Source: Phoronis australis
Taxonomy: Eukaryota; Animalia; Phoronida
Assembly (NCBI GenBank): GCA_002633005.1
Contig: NMRA01000327.1
Coordinates: 133,632-197,631, forward strand
Direction: 5' to 3'
DNA length: 64,000 bases
Below are positions 36,140 to 49,200 of this stretch, in pieces (the stretch's first letter is position 1; each line of letters opens with the position of its first letter). The notes beneath the pieces are model-generated. The model was not told where the DNA came from. It saw nothing but the letters and a program-made list of their open reading frames with translations, and made no database searches. A program made the position numbers and the translations under genes.

Positions 36140-36290
36140 CAGGGGTGGATCCAGGACTTTGAGTTGGGGGCAGGGTATTACCCTGGATTTTGCCCGTCAA
36201 ACGTTCGCACCTCCGAACTGGCAAATGCAATCTGGGAGAATTTTAGGGGGGGGCTATGACCCCCTTGGCCCCCCTCTAAATCCACCACTG
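36140..36290. mobile_element. 151-bp CAGGGG(T)GGA-type MITE, probable 5-bp TSD
   Basis: TIRs caggggtggat / atccaccactg; flanks cttta (36135-36139) and tttta (36291-36295), a 4/5 match. Confidence 0.8.
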
Positions 36291-36622
36291 TTTTAAGCAC
36301 TTGGAAAAAACGAACAGCTTATTATTGCTCAAGATGACTGAACAGCCTCCACAAGCCAACTTGTAGAGCTGGTCTCAACCAATGAGGAACGGTCAGTTCT
36401 TTCAAACCCAGAAATCGCATTTAATTTGACTAAAGAACAATATGAGACCAACTTCATAACTGTAAGTGGTCTGTCTAAATCTGAAGTTAATTTTTGTGAA
36501 GAAACGCTGGGTTATAGCCAATTTAAAGGCATGGGGAACTTGAATTCAGTCTTAAGAGACATTGACTGTTGCAGAAAAGGCTTGGTGGCGATAATCAAAT
36601 CAAAACACTGTCCAAAGTTATA

Positions 36623-36628
36623 TTTATT
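36623..36628 (-). terminator. Candidate MIPOL1 polyadenylation signal
   Basis: TTTATT on + (AATAAA on -), about 550 nt past the stop codon. Confidence 0.4.
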
Positions 36629-37176
36629 ATAAAGTGTTCTCAATAAATTTACAATGGTCAATATTACAAATACAAAACTACAAATTCAAAGCAATTTGTT
36701 CAACAATACATTATGAAAATGAAAAACCTAGGTTACCATGAAACAAAGGCACAAGTCGTTCCAAACCCTACAATAACATGAAACAAAACATAGGAAATCT
36801 GCATGAATATGAAAGAACACAAAAGACATGAATTGAGAAAGAAATGGGGATCTCAAAACAAGGGAAAGAAAGGATAAAAAGATTATATCCTGTCAAAAAT
36901 GGCTAAATAGTTGAACAAACTACATTATAATACAAAAAACCTAAACTACCATATTCACCATTAACTAAAAAGATTTTAGTGAAAACATACAAAACTAAAC
37001 TGGAATGGTCACTCCACACCATTACAGCTGGATGAATATGGAGTTACAAGATTAAGTTGAACAAATGTTTTAAAATATCGAAAAGATGGTTGAAAATGCC
37101 CTGTGTTAAACTGAAACCAGAAATTAGTTTCCAAAAGTGTTCATTCAATGTGTTCAACATGTCACCTGACATGTAA

Positions 37177-37243
37177 TCAGTCACCATCCTGCGCACCCAG
37201 TCCACTAACTTTGCGCCTTAAGACACTTACAAGTCGTTCCAAT
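37177..37243 (-). CDS. mipol1: MIPOL1 last coding exon: (K)LERLVSVLRRKVSGLGAQDGD*
   Basis: Acceptor tctttttgcag|A TTG GAA; TGA at 37177-37179. Confidence 0.9.
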
Positions 37244-40200
37244 CTGCAAAAAGACCAGGACTACATAAAACACAATACAAAACTTTGAAGCACAATGAAA
37301 ACAAGGTTTATTCACTCATGTTTGTTGAAGGTGTCCCCTTGCCGTGAAGCAGACAGGGTCACAACTGGCTGGGCGTAGGATTTATAGTACCAAGCTCAGT
37401 TATAGGAGCCCTCAGGTGTCACAGCATAATAATGAGAAATGTCTCTATACCATGGGAACTAAAGGAGTAATTGTAAAATGAAACTAACATGTATTCAGAC
37501 TCAAGTATAATGGATGTGAAAACACATACTTCTGATAACTGAACAGAGAAACAGTTCAAACATTAATGTCTAAACAACAACTGAGAAACACCAAGTAATA
37601 AAAGACAGGTGACACTTGAGTTAGCAAAGATCATATATGTAAAACATTTTTGAACACAATAATTCAAATTATCCTACCTTGCTCTATCCAAAGTTTATAC
37701 TTCAATTCAATTTTAACACAAACAAAAATCAAAAACTACTGGACATGATCCTATAAGAGGACAAATGAGTTAAATACGTTCTATTATTTTGGATAAGCCG
37801 GCCAGCATGGGGTTATAGCAAATAACTGAAATAACAGTAAGGAATGAGCAAACTCCTGTTCACATTTATAAATACATAAAGGTTGTCCTAAAAATACAAA
37901 CAAAATATTTTAAAACAGGAGAACCAGGATAGGGAACTACAAGGAACTAATGAATTTTCTTAATCTAACAATCACAACAGTGTTTTCATGGCAAACTGTT
38001 TATTGGAGAGAACAACTTACATTTTTGAGTTTTGACACCAAACAACAATTCTACAGCTAAAGCGTAAATACTGAGGATTTTTTAACAAAACTGAGGCAGT
38101 AAGGTGGAGACACTTAAAATAACCATTTCTATAATGAATCTGATCATACAAAATTTTGTCCATTCCTTTATATTAATAATACTAAGGCCCAAAACTGATC
38201 AAATGTGATTTTACCAAAATTGTTAATTTGTCAATACTAAAAATTACTGTCACATGATGATGATTTATTTATTTACTAATTCAAATTGTGTTTTCTATTG
38301 AGACTTAGTCCCAGACCAAAGATGTTGAAGAAGTACATAAATCCAACATAGCCCCTGGTGACTACAATGAGACCTATTGCAGGCAGTGGAGCTGAGGACA
38401 AGTATGACTCTTTGTAGCTCTATATTTGGTCTCATTTGTGTATCAGTTGCTAGACTGGGCCATTAGCACTGCTTTGTGTAAAGTCGATACCCTATGAAAC
38501 AATATTCTCTTTTGTTAGATGGGGATAAACATAGCAAAATCTTGTGAAGAACCCAAAGGAGAAGAGAAAGAACAATAAAAAGCTTCAGGGTAGATTACCG
38601 TCTCAACACATTTAGAGAGCAAACATAACAACCAAATTTGTCAATTTATCTTGTACTATTAAGCCATTCATGCCTATTGCTTTCAGGACTGATTCAATAT
38701 TGGCTGAGTTGACTTCTATTACAGATTCGTTACACATTAAAAAAACTATAGACACCATAGAAGGGCTAATGAGAGTGGTAATGGAACATTAGGCCAGCTG
38801 ATATAGCATGAGTGGAGTGTGAAGAGACCAGAGGGAAGACTGTGTGTTGGAACAGGTGATTAGTGTTCAGGGTCTGGGCTCTTAGACACAATTAGTGGCA
38901 TAACAGTGTCAAGTGTTTCAAACACAACTACCAAGGTGACAATGGAATGATACAATGAATTAGTAACAAAGAGGTGAACAAAAGTAGAATATGAGACTAC
39001 AGATCAAGCAGAGAGACACAAAATAATAATAAACACCACCCATAAAGAGCTGGTGAACATTTCAAGTCAGATTACATTAAGTGGCATATAGCAACAGAAA
39101 GAGGTTGTGAGGAGAAGACATTTAAATCTAAATTTGCATATTCATAAGGCAATTTCAAATACTGAATACATTTTTTTAATCAGTCACAGCAAACTACATT
39201 TTATAACCTGTTGTCGCACATCGTTCACGTTTTTCATTGTTTATTTGTGGTTGATATAAAATGATTAAAGCATGTTAATCAAAACTTATTTTAGGCAAAA
39301 ACGAAATAAAACACAAAACATTCAGAAATCCATTGAAATAAACATGGATGTGATATATGAGAAGAGATAATCAAAGCAGGTAAAATATAAGTAAGGCTTT
39401 GTAAACTCAGACAGTACAGTGATGGGTTGCTGGCTTTATTGGCTAGCTTTGAACACTAGTGGCTGATAGAGAAGAAATGAGCTGGAAAATTGATTGTTTG
39501 CTGACAATAGCCTCCAGTCATATTGGCAGTGGGCAATAGAGGAACATAGGGGAGCAGTAACACAAGTATGACATATCTTTATAACACCTGATTGAGACTA
39601 TTGGCACAGAGAGGACAGAGTGGGGCTGTTACTGGACAACTGAGGGTAGCATTTGGCCATGGATAGAGTTATGGGAGAGAATTTCGAAAACCGTTAAATG
39701 GAAAAAAGTTACAGAAAACAATTAACCCCAAGACTAGTAGTAAAATATTTGGAAAAAATTGAAAACACAGCATTCACATTGAACAAAAACAAACAAAAGA
39801 ATACATCTACTAGTAATTATTATTTGGTGTACAACAGTAACAAAAACATTTTCCTTTTAGGGCAGCACCATTTGAATATGTCAGTTTTAGACAATAACAA
39901 TTTTCCACCTGAGTTCTTCTGCAGTTTCAGGTAGTACCAATTTGCATTTTTCATGATCAAAAAATTATCTTGCTTAATGAAAAATTACCGATGGCTACTA
40001 ATTTCTAGGAAAAAAGATAACAGGTCTTTCAGTATGGGAAATTAAGCACGATTCTCCACACTCCAACAAATAGCCTGATCATGAGAACACAGATTGGCCT
40101 AATTAACACGTAAAGGTAATCAAGCAGTCGTGTAGAAAATGGCAAACATAGAAATCTCTTCAGGCAATCTCAGCAAATCTCTACAGACAAACAAACACTC

Positions 40201-43200
40201 ATGACGGAGATTATAACAGCGATTCACTGCCCTCTGCTTGGTTAAGTGACTTACTTTTGGTACTTACAGATTAAGGCATTTTAACTAATTAATAAATAAC
40301 ATAAATAACACTGCTTGTAGCATGAAGGACATTTTGGGCACAAAAATGTGACAGTACAGATGATTACCAGGCTACAGATAAATAACAAGTCATTTATATA
40401 TAACTGACCAAGTCATTGATACATAAATAACAAGTCATTTATATATAACTGACCAAGTCATTGATATATAAATGACCAAGTCACTTATAAATAAAATCAC
40501 ATGTCAGTGGATGCTTAAACAGGAAATGAAAAGAAAATTCAGTCCAACCTGAAAACTACTCTTTTGACCTCTTGCCAGTACACCCTCCTTCCTAAACTCA
40601 CTATTCCCTTCTACCTCACTACACAACTCCATCCCTCTTTCCATCCGATCACTCTGCTTCACTCCTCTCTCTTACCCTAAACAACTCCTCCCTCTCTCCC
40701 AAAATCACTCCCAGTAACTCCTCCATCTCACTCTATCACTCCTTCTCACTCCCCTCTCCCCTTCCACCACTCCCTCTCTCTCCTCCCCCTCTCCCCTTCC
40801 ATCATTCCCTCTCTCTTTCCATCACTCCTTTTACCATCATCATCCTCACTCCTCCCTGTACCCCCATTACCTTCCTCCCTCTATCACTCGCTCATTCCTC
40901 CCTCTTACTCCATCATTGCCCTTTACTACTCCATCCTAAATATCACTCACTTCTGACAGTTCTCTGTTGCCTCCCGTTGACTGTTCCTTGCTTTCTCCAC
41001 CTCCAGAAGTAACTGTGCCTTCTCTTCACTCGCTGCCTTCAGCTGGGCCAACAGTTGATTGTTCTCCTTCTGTGCCAGGTTCACATAGCCGTCTCGTTGC
41101 TTTAGTTGTTCTTCAAGGTTCTCTAATGAGTTGTTAAACTGATCACGCAGACTCGCCTCTTGTGACAACGACTTGTGCAGGCTAGCCAAGAGAGAGCAGA
41201 GAAAAACAGCATCAACCTAATGAAAAACTCAGGCATTCAGAGTGGCAGTTCACTTGCACTTAGTCACACAAATGTATGCCATCCACAAAGTTACACTCAT
41301 GAAATATTGGTATCTAAACACATGCCACATGAAGACTACATTCCTTAAGTGCTAAACTCTAATGTTTTAGCATTTAATTGTGAAACACACGAACATTGTC
41401 TTACTTTAAGACACAAATATTTAAACGACAACTGGAGTTCTCACCTGTAATATACACGAACGTTCTGCAACTCATCTTCCAGTCTTCGTACCTTTGCCAG
41501 TGCCATATCACGCTCCTGTTGCGTAGCCATTAACTTGGCCTGAAAAAAAAACACAATTAAATAGGTCAATCCTCAAAACAGACAAGTAAATAATGATCAG
41601 GTAGCACTGTTTTACAATCATTGAAACAATACCCATGAAACTAGACTTGGAATTACAAGAAAACATGGCCATCACCACCTTGTCAATTGCCAGCAAAATA
41701 AAAGAGCCTTTAATTAAAAATGTTTGAAGACATTGCGTATAAATAAATACATCCATTAAAACAAGACTCTCAGTATTTTATTATACATATCTTTGCTCAT
41801 TGACCAATAGGTATTTTCCAAAGTAAAACAAGCATGAACTAGTTTATAACACTTTTCAGTCTGGAAACCCCAAAGCAATGTCTTGCAAACACACTTCTCC
41901 TTAAGATGATCTGAACATATTACAGATTGATTCAACAAGTTTCAGTTTCTACAGAAGGAATTAATGACAAATACTCAGACTATAGAAAACTGCAGTGAAG
42001 GAATGTAAATACTGGGACATAATATTAAACCGCCAGCGCAACAAATATTATTTGTTAATATCCCTGATTTAAAGAGATGGGCAAACAGTTGGTGTGTACA
42101 GTTAGTTTCAACATGGCTAATCATCCAGCATCAAATGTAATTAACATATTATTCACCATAATAAAAGTACAAAGGATAGGAAAACAGCTGGAAGGGGTAA
42201 ATGTCTCAGTCCATTTGATAATTACATAACTGCAGGAGAAGGTGAACACAATGATAAACAGAAACTATCAGCTGATATCATTCAATAATGTATCAATCAT
42301 TACATCACTTTCACCTGAGTGATGAATATGGGAATAAACTGCCCATGTTGACTGATGTCTAACTACAGAAAGAGATTATGTTAATTTTGTGTAGTGTTAA
42401 TGAACGTTTTAACAGGTGTAAACATACAGAGTGAAACTGTAAATATGTACACTTGGACTTAAGCTGTGCCAATCATCAATCAGAACTGACATAAACACCT
42501 TAGAAGAATTCAAGTCCTTGAAATTTGAAAATATAAAGTTTTCGTTAATACTAATACATTTTGTGTTATTTATTTGTTACTAGAAATTTGCTCTCATGAA
42601 CACGTTTCAAATTAAACGAAATGAATACCGTACAGTCACTCCTACCAGAAAAAAATGAATGACAGCAATTTTAAAATGAAATGACATAACGGTGGTGCAT
42701 TATAAGCTATATTTCAACATTGTAAACACATTTTAAACACAAAACTAAAAAAAAAAATTTCAATACGTCACAAGATACTAGGAATGACATAGTACTAAAT
42801 AAATACATGCATTTTTAAGCTGATGTAGGTGGGAGCTATCAATGGCAGACAGATTTTTCTCAAAAGAGAAGTCTTTTCATAAAGGTGAGTTCACAGCATC
42901 ATTGTAGTGTTAAAAAGAGAGAATGTAGTGCTGAATGATCATTAGTATTTGTGCGTCCAGGGCATAAAAATGTATTAGATTGAATTATCTCGCCATACAA
43001 ATATTATTATTGTAGTAGGAGAGAGAAAGTGCAGGCACAATGGTGTGGATCTGGCTTGTTTTCATAGACAAACACTGGCTTAATGGATGCTAAAAGGTAG
43101 GCAACGTCATCGCTGACTAAATATGGAACGTTTCTATAGGCACCGATAAATCAGCCATTGTCACGGACAATGTTTCAACGGCTTAAACAAACACTCGCAG

Positions 43201-46200
43201 CTCGGTGTCAGGTTAGGAGTATTCTATGGCTGTTGAAAGGCTTTCAAAACGCCAGGTATTGATTTAAGGCAAGTTCTGCCATTCTGGAGTGAAACAGCAC
43301 ACCTCTGACAGTCTGGCCTAATGGCTTGACGTCCGCTTTATGGTACTTCAACCAACAAATTAGTGGACTCGATAGAAACATTGTCAATGAAGCTGAGCAA
43401 TAAGAAAGTGTAGACTACACGACAATAATAAAGTGAGCATGACAATGACGTCAACACGAAGCACAGCAAAGCTACTCACAAAAAATCCCGAGGGTGAAAA
43501 TAAAAAAAAACAAAGAACAATCAAAATGCAGTTGGGACATTTTCCACAAGTCTATAACATTCGTAAACACATAATGGTGAATAATGGCATTGATTAGTTT
43601 AAAATAAACATTAAAAATCATAATTTCAGCATTTGTAGATGTGATATTAATGACCAAAATTAGCATTCAGATTACTGCTATGGATTTCCTGCAAATTCAA
43701 CAAATCTATGATATACAAAGTATCTGCCCACTGTGTTCTCCTCCTAATTATTGTCTTTCATTGACTCTTCTTTGTCCCACTTATTTCCATCTGCACTGTT
43801 TATCAATATGTTCTTTATCATCAAACTCTACACAAGAATTCTTAGACCAAACCTTAATAAGAACACAATCACTATTTTAACACCTACACTTACTTCCATC
43901 TGCACTGTTTATCAATATGTTCTTTATCATCAAAGTCTACACAAGAATTCTTAGACCAAACCTTAATAAGAACACAATCACTTGTTCTCTATTTTAACAC
44001 CTACACTTCTCACACAGGTGCTGCCATTTTCCACCTGAAAATTCCCCTTTGTAATCATCTATCAAATATAGGCACAAGTGCATAATCAGTCCCCAGTCAT
44101 TATTCACTATTTGTTTTGTTTCATTTACGAGTTGGCTAAGCTGTTGACAAATTACTCGGTTCACTGGCCCTAGAGATGTAGTGAAAGGCGGGATTTGTAA
44201 GTATTTATTCAGCTTTTCCACCCAGCACTGATATACCCTGTAAGTAGGATCATTGATTGTACAGTCTGATAGTCTACTTGCTCAATGCTGCATTTGGATA
44301 CAATGTTTAAACAGGCACAGCAAATATGACTTTTCAGAATGACCAACTATCATATTGTACAACTGGGGAAATTTATTTATTTTCATTATCACGCAGAGTT
44401 GAGCAAATCAAATTTACTAACATATTTGTAAGCAAATAACTGAGTATATTCTGTAAATAGGCTCACTGTGCTTGTCAAATTTACAAAGAAATTATCAAAC
44501 AGAACTTCACAATAGTAGGTGAATGGTATTTAATAAACTGTTTATGTGTTTATGTATGTTCATATTGATATCAAATTCCAATTAAATCCAATTAATTAAT
44601 GCTAAAAGATCTACAAGACAGTCTTCAAAATAACAACTAAAAATGAGCTATGTTGAACTACGAACTGAAATAATACCTAACTGAAATCTGGCTAAGACAG
44701 TGACACGTTTACATTCTGGCCAGAACATTGATATGTTTGCTGTACTGCCAGATTCACAACACTTGGCTATGTATATTGAACTCTGTGTGTCACCTTAGGT
44801 ACAAGTTAATACCGTGCAAATGATGAGGTCACAGTGCCAGAATGGTAAAACAGCCCATACACACATGAGGCATGATGTTCACTCAAACAGCCCATACACA
44901 CATGAGGCATGATGTTCACTCAAACAGCCCATATACACATGAGGCATGATGTTCACTCAAACAGCCATTTTATGTGCACTGCCTACTTAGTTGCAACTTA
45001 GATATAACCAGTTGAACATAATGGGATACCGATAAGAAATGATTCACTGGAAAGTGTGCCTACCGAGCCAGTTAGAACAAACAACTTTTTGTGAAGTGTC
45101 AATGTAAGAGGAAAAGCCTGATGTAATTAAAGCAGACTGCTGAAAAGGTAGACATCTGAATGTTGTAATAAGAACAAAAATCATATACGAGATGATCAAG
45201 TGAGGATTAGTGCACTTTTCATGTTAACACTTTGTAAATACTTAGTCACTATCAAAAATTTATTCTAATATTCCAAAAATTTATAATGTGAATGAATTAT
45301 TAGTCATAACTTATATTTTTGACAACAGATGTCACTTCTTTACAGCTAATGTGCCAGACGTGAAGGAGTGAAAAAGCTGAAAACAATACTAATCAAAGGT
45401 ATTTCCGGTTGCATGAAGTCATATTGTTGGATTTCCACTTTGAAAAGTCTCTGGAGTGAAACCACAAACATTCCATTCTCACCATCTACACCTGCAGATT
45501 TGTGTTTCCTAGTAACAAGAAGAAGAAAACAAAAAGCCTCTTGGCGTCAGAGCAAAGGTGCAGAGGGTTTGGAGTTTTCCTGATGAGTTTACACTGAGCC
45601 ATTTGAACAGGTAAAACAAACACTTTTGCTATTGTATGCAGCCAAAGCTTATGCCAGTCTCACAAAAGAGGCGGAGACTCTACAAACACAGTGTGAATTA
45701 CACTACTTCACAGCTCACAGTGTTAAAACTAAAAGTAAGTCATGACAGTCATAACCTGGTCATAATGCTGAATCACATGACTTAACTTTCTAACAAAGCA
45801 GACCGCCTCAGCCAAATGCCTACTTAGAAGATGTTAACACTTTGGTACATGTAAAACTAAGACAGGTCAGTAAATACCTTCAGGAAATCTGTCACAAACC
45901 CCAAAAACTAGAGGTAAAAGAGACATTTTTAAAATTGATATAAAAGATTTATAGCTTAAGTTTTGTTGGGAATATAAATATAGTGCACAGATTTGAACAT
46001 TTCATGTTTCACAAGGACAAACTATCCAACAGTTCACACATATCATCAACAGTTACGACAGTGACTACCTGGAATCAGGCTAAAGCCAGTCGTCTAGCAT
46101 GTTTTGTACAAGAAGATTACCAGAAACATCGCCATGTTGTTGATCAAATCTTAATTATATAACAAGAATAAACATACAAATATAGGACAATTGAAAAAAA

Positions 46201-49200
46201 TGATTAGTCCATCAAATTTACCTGGTTCAGACAGACTTCTAAAGGAAGACCACAAGATTAGCAGGAGCACTGGAAATGCCTTCTGTTAACGTATTCAGTC
46301 TATTTGTAGTTCTAATATTTCATAAATGAATAACATATTTTAAATATTAAATTACAATTATAATCTCAAAAGGACATCTGGTGGTAAATACTATAGCTCT
46401 TCACAATTACCAGTAGGTGGTTTTGTCACCAAGGGGTCAGTTCCCCACCCAAAGAGAGGACAGGCACACAGAGATCAACCTGAACACACCATAATCAATG
46501 TGCCAACAATATTTGTCAATGAAGGCCAGAGAGAGTATTTACAAGCCGGCCAGTCCATGTGTACAATGTAGTACTACAGAACAAACCCAGCTAATCATGC
46601 ATGAAGCTAGGCAAACCCACAGCTCAAATATTCGCCATTATTTCACCACTATAGATTTCCAATCAAGATTGAGCTGTGGGGGTCGTAAGTTCACAACAAT
46701 ATTCACAGCAACATAATGACCATCAATAACAAAACAAATATCAGAGCCAAGAGATATCTGGAATGGACAGAACTTGCTCAAACCAGGTAGAACATCACAG
46801 GCTAATACCATGGGTTTTCCAACTATTTAAAATATTTGCATGTTAAGCACATAGTCCACAATGCTTTAACTTGCCATGCCTGTTCCTCATGAGTTAGTGG
46901 TGGGTTCCAATTTTGCTTCTCCTACAATGTTTTATAACTGTATAATTTCTTAGCCTTGGTGCACAGATTTTTGCTATAACTGTACAATAACACATAGATA
47001 CCTTCCTTTAAAGCTGCATTTCGTCCAATTTAGCCGGTGAAAAAACATTAATTAAATTAAGCCTTTTACTCTCATAAAATAATATTCCTTACCATGCAGC
47101 AGGATTGTATACCATGCAACAAGATTGTATTTCCGTTACCAACGCCATAGTCAGTGACTTGCGTTGGTCACAGTAACAGACTCCACATAGGGTAAAGAAT
47201 ATTATGAGACTAATTTTATTAGAGTAAAAGACCTAATTTGAGTATGGTTTAGCCAGCTCAAAGAGCCCAAATGTGACTTGAATTTACATAATACATAATG
47301 TTGTATTGTGTTGCAAGGTAATGAGTTCTAATGACATCTGTTTCATTGCTGTTATTCTTTCCACTCGGCAGCAACTCATAATTGGCCGATGTCTTTACAG
47401 AATAACCAATCATGTAATTCTGTTTTTAAATTATTTAAAAAATAAACCATGCTTGTCTCTCACCAGACTCCATTTAATGCTTTTACCTACTCTAAGGCCC
47501 CAGGGGCAAACCTTGAGCAGGATTTAGACTTTCACAGTCCACTACACAAATACAGGACGATAATAACAAACTTAAGTAAGGTCCACTTATTAAAGCATCA
47601 CAAGGTATGAATTTGATGATATATTTTAAATTCACATGGATATAATATGGTAATCACAGGATGTAATGTGAAGATGTACTCGAGTGTTGCATGATGGGAA
47701 CATATTATGACTTATTCACATTTAGTTGTGCTCAGGTATACATAAGAACACATTGATCCAGGCTGGCTGCATTGATCACTGTTGGCCACTCACAAATACA
47801 CATTCAGTTATTGTCTGCCAAGAAACAATACACAAACAATAAAGTCATGAACCATTCTACACCCAGAAACATTAACTAAGTAAGTAAAAGCCCCATAGCT
47901 GAAATAGATAAAAAGTGTATATAAACCAAGGACTTCCTGCTACTTTAGGGACAGACTTGAGTGTAAATGCATGCATGCATTTACACTCAACTCAATTTTT
48001 AATCAACAGTAGTGACATGTTCACAAGAGTTAGGCCACACACAGTTGGAACAAGCATAGGGCCACTAGCAAGAGCACCACACACAGTTGGAACAAGCATA
48101 GGGCCACTAGCAAGAGCACCACACACAAACATGGCAAAAATAAGCAAAACTAAAATAATTTTGGCAATCATTCATTCACCCGTCTAACTACTAAATCCAA
48201 ATATTCCAAATGAATCAGGGTGGTGTTCATTTTATTTCTGCAGTAACTTCACCTGGACCAATAAGAGCATATGTGAACTAATTATAGTATATTTGCTCAG
48301 CAGGAGTTTTATCACCTCCATAATTAAGACTGCACACGTCATCTGAGCCAGGTACACCAAGCCATCATCTATGTCGTTATCTATAGTTAAAGTAACTTGT
48401 CGTAGCGCTATCTCAAAAGGCCCTCCAAAGTAGGTACTCTCGTACGGTTGGTACAAATCCCTCATTTTAATTAATCACTGAACAACAACAGCAGCTAATT
48501 GTTGTTACCTAACACCTTACCTGAGTTAGAAAACAGCATTCTATATTTTTAAACCTCTATGAAGCACCATCAGTGAACCAGTATTTTGGTTGATGTTATG
48601 CACTGGTATCCTTCATCTTGGTTAGACCCAAGGTGATAAATTACATTGTCCTTAACAGTTACAAAAACAAGTTTCCATAACAAAACTAATTTACACTGCA
48701 CAGTACTTAAATTAGATATCTTTTTATGAGATAGTATTGATTATAAATTTGATTTTTTTAAATTTACTAACCAATTTGACAAGAACATCACATATATGCA
48801 AGCACTAACCAGAAACAAAAACTAAAGCAAATGTAATAAATAAAATGCCAGGTTTATATGACTATTAAATTAACCAACAAGTATACAATAATCGTGTTTT
48901 GAATATTCAAACACTAAAAATGGACCTGAAAGAGTATTTTTCGAACAACGTACTGATAGATGTATGGAATTCACTTTGGCTGTGTTCCAAATTTAAGAAT
49001 GACATTGCAATTTTTATCAGCAAAGCTTCATTGACATTTCCTTGGCTTAAATAAACACAGGTGTCACTCAAGGTAAGAAGTTGCTAGGCAACTTATAACA
49101 AATTCTGACCTACCCACTTACTGGCTGAATTCAATATTTTTGGAAGCTTTAATAATTTCAAAAATCAATTCAATAAAAATAAAGCATATAAATTAAGTCA

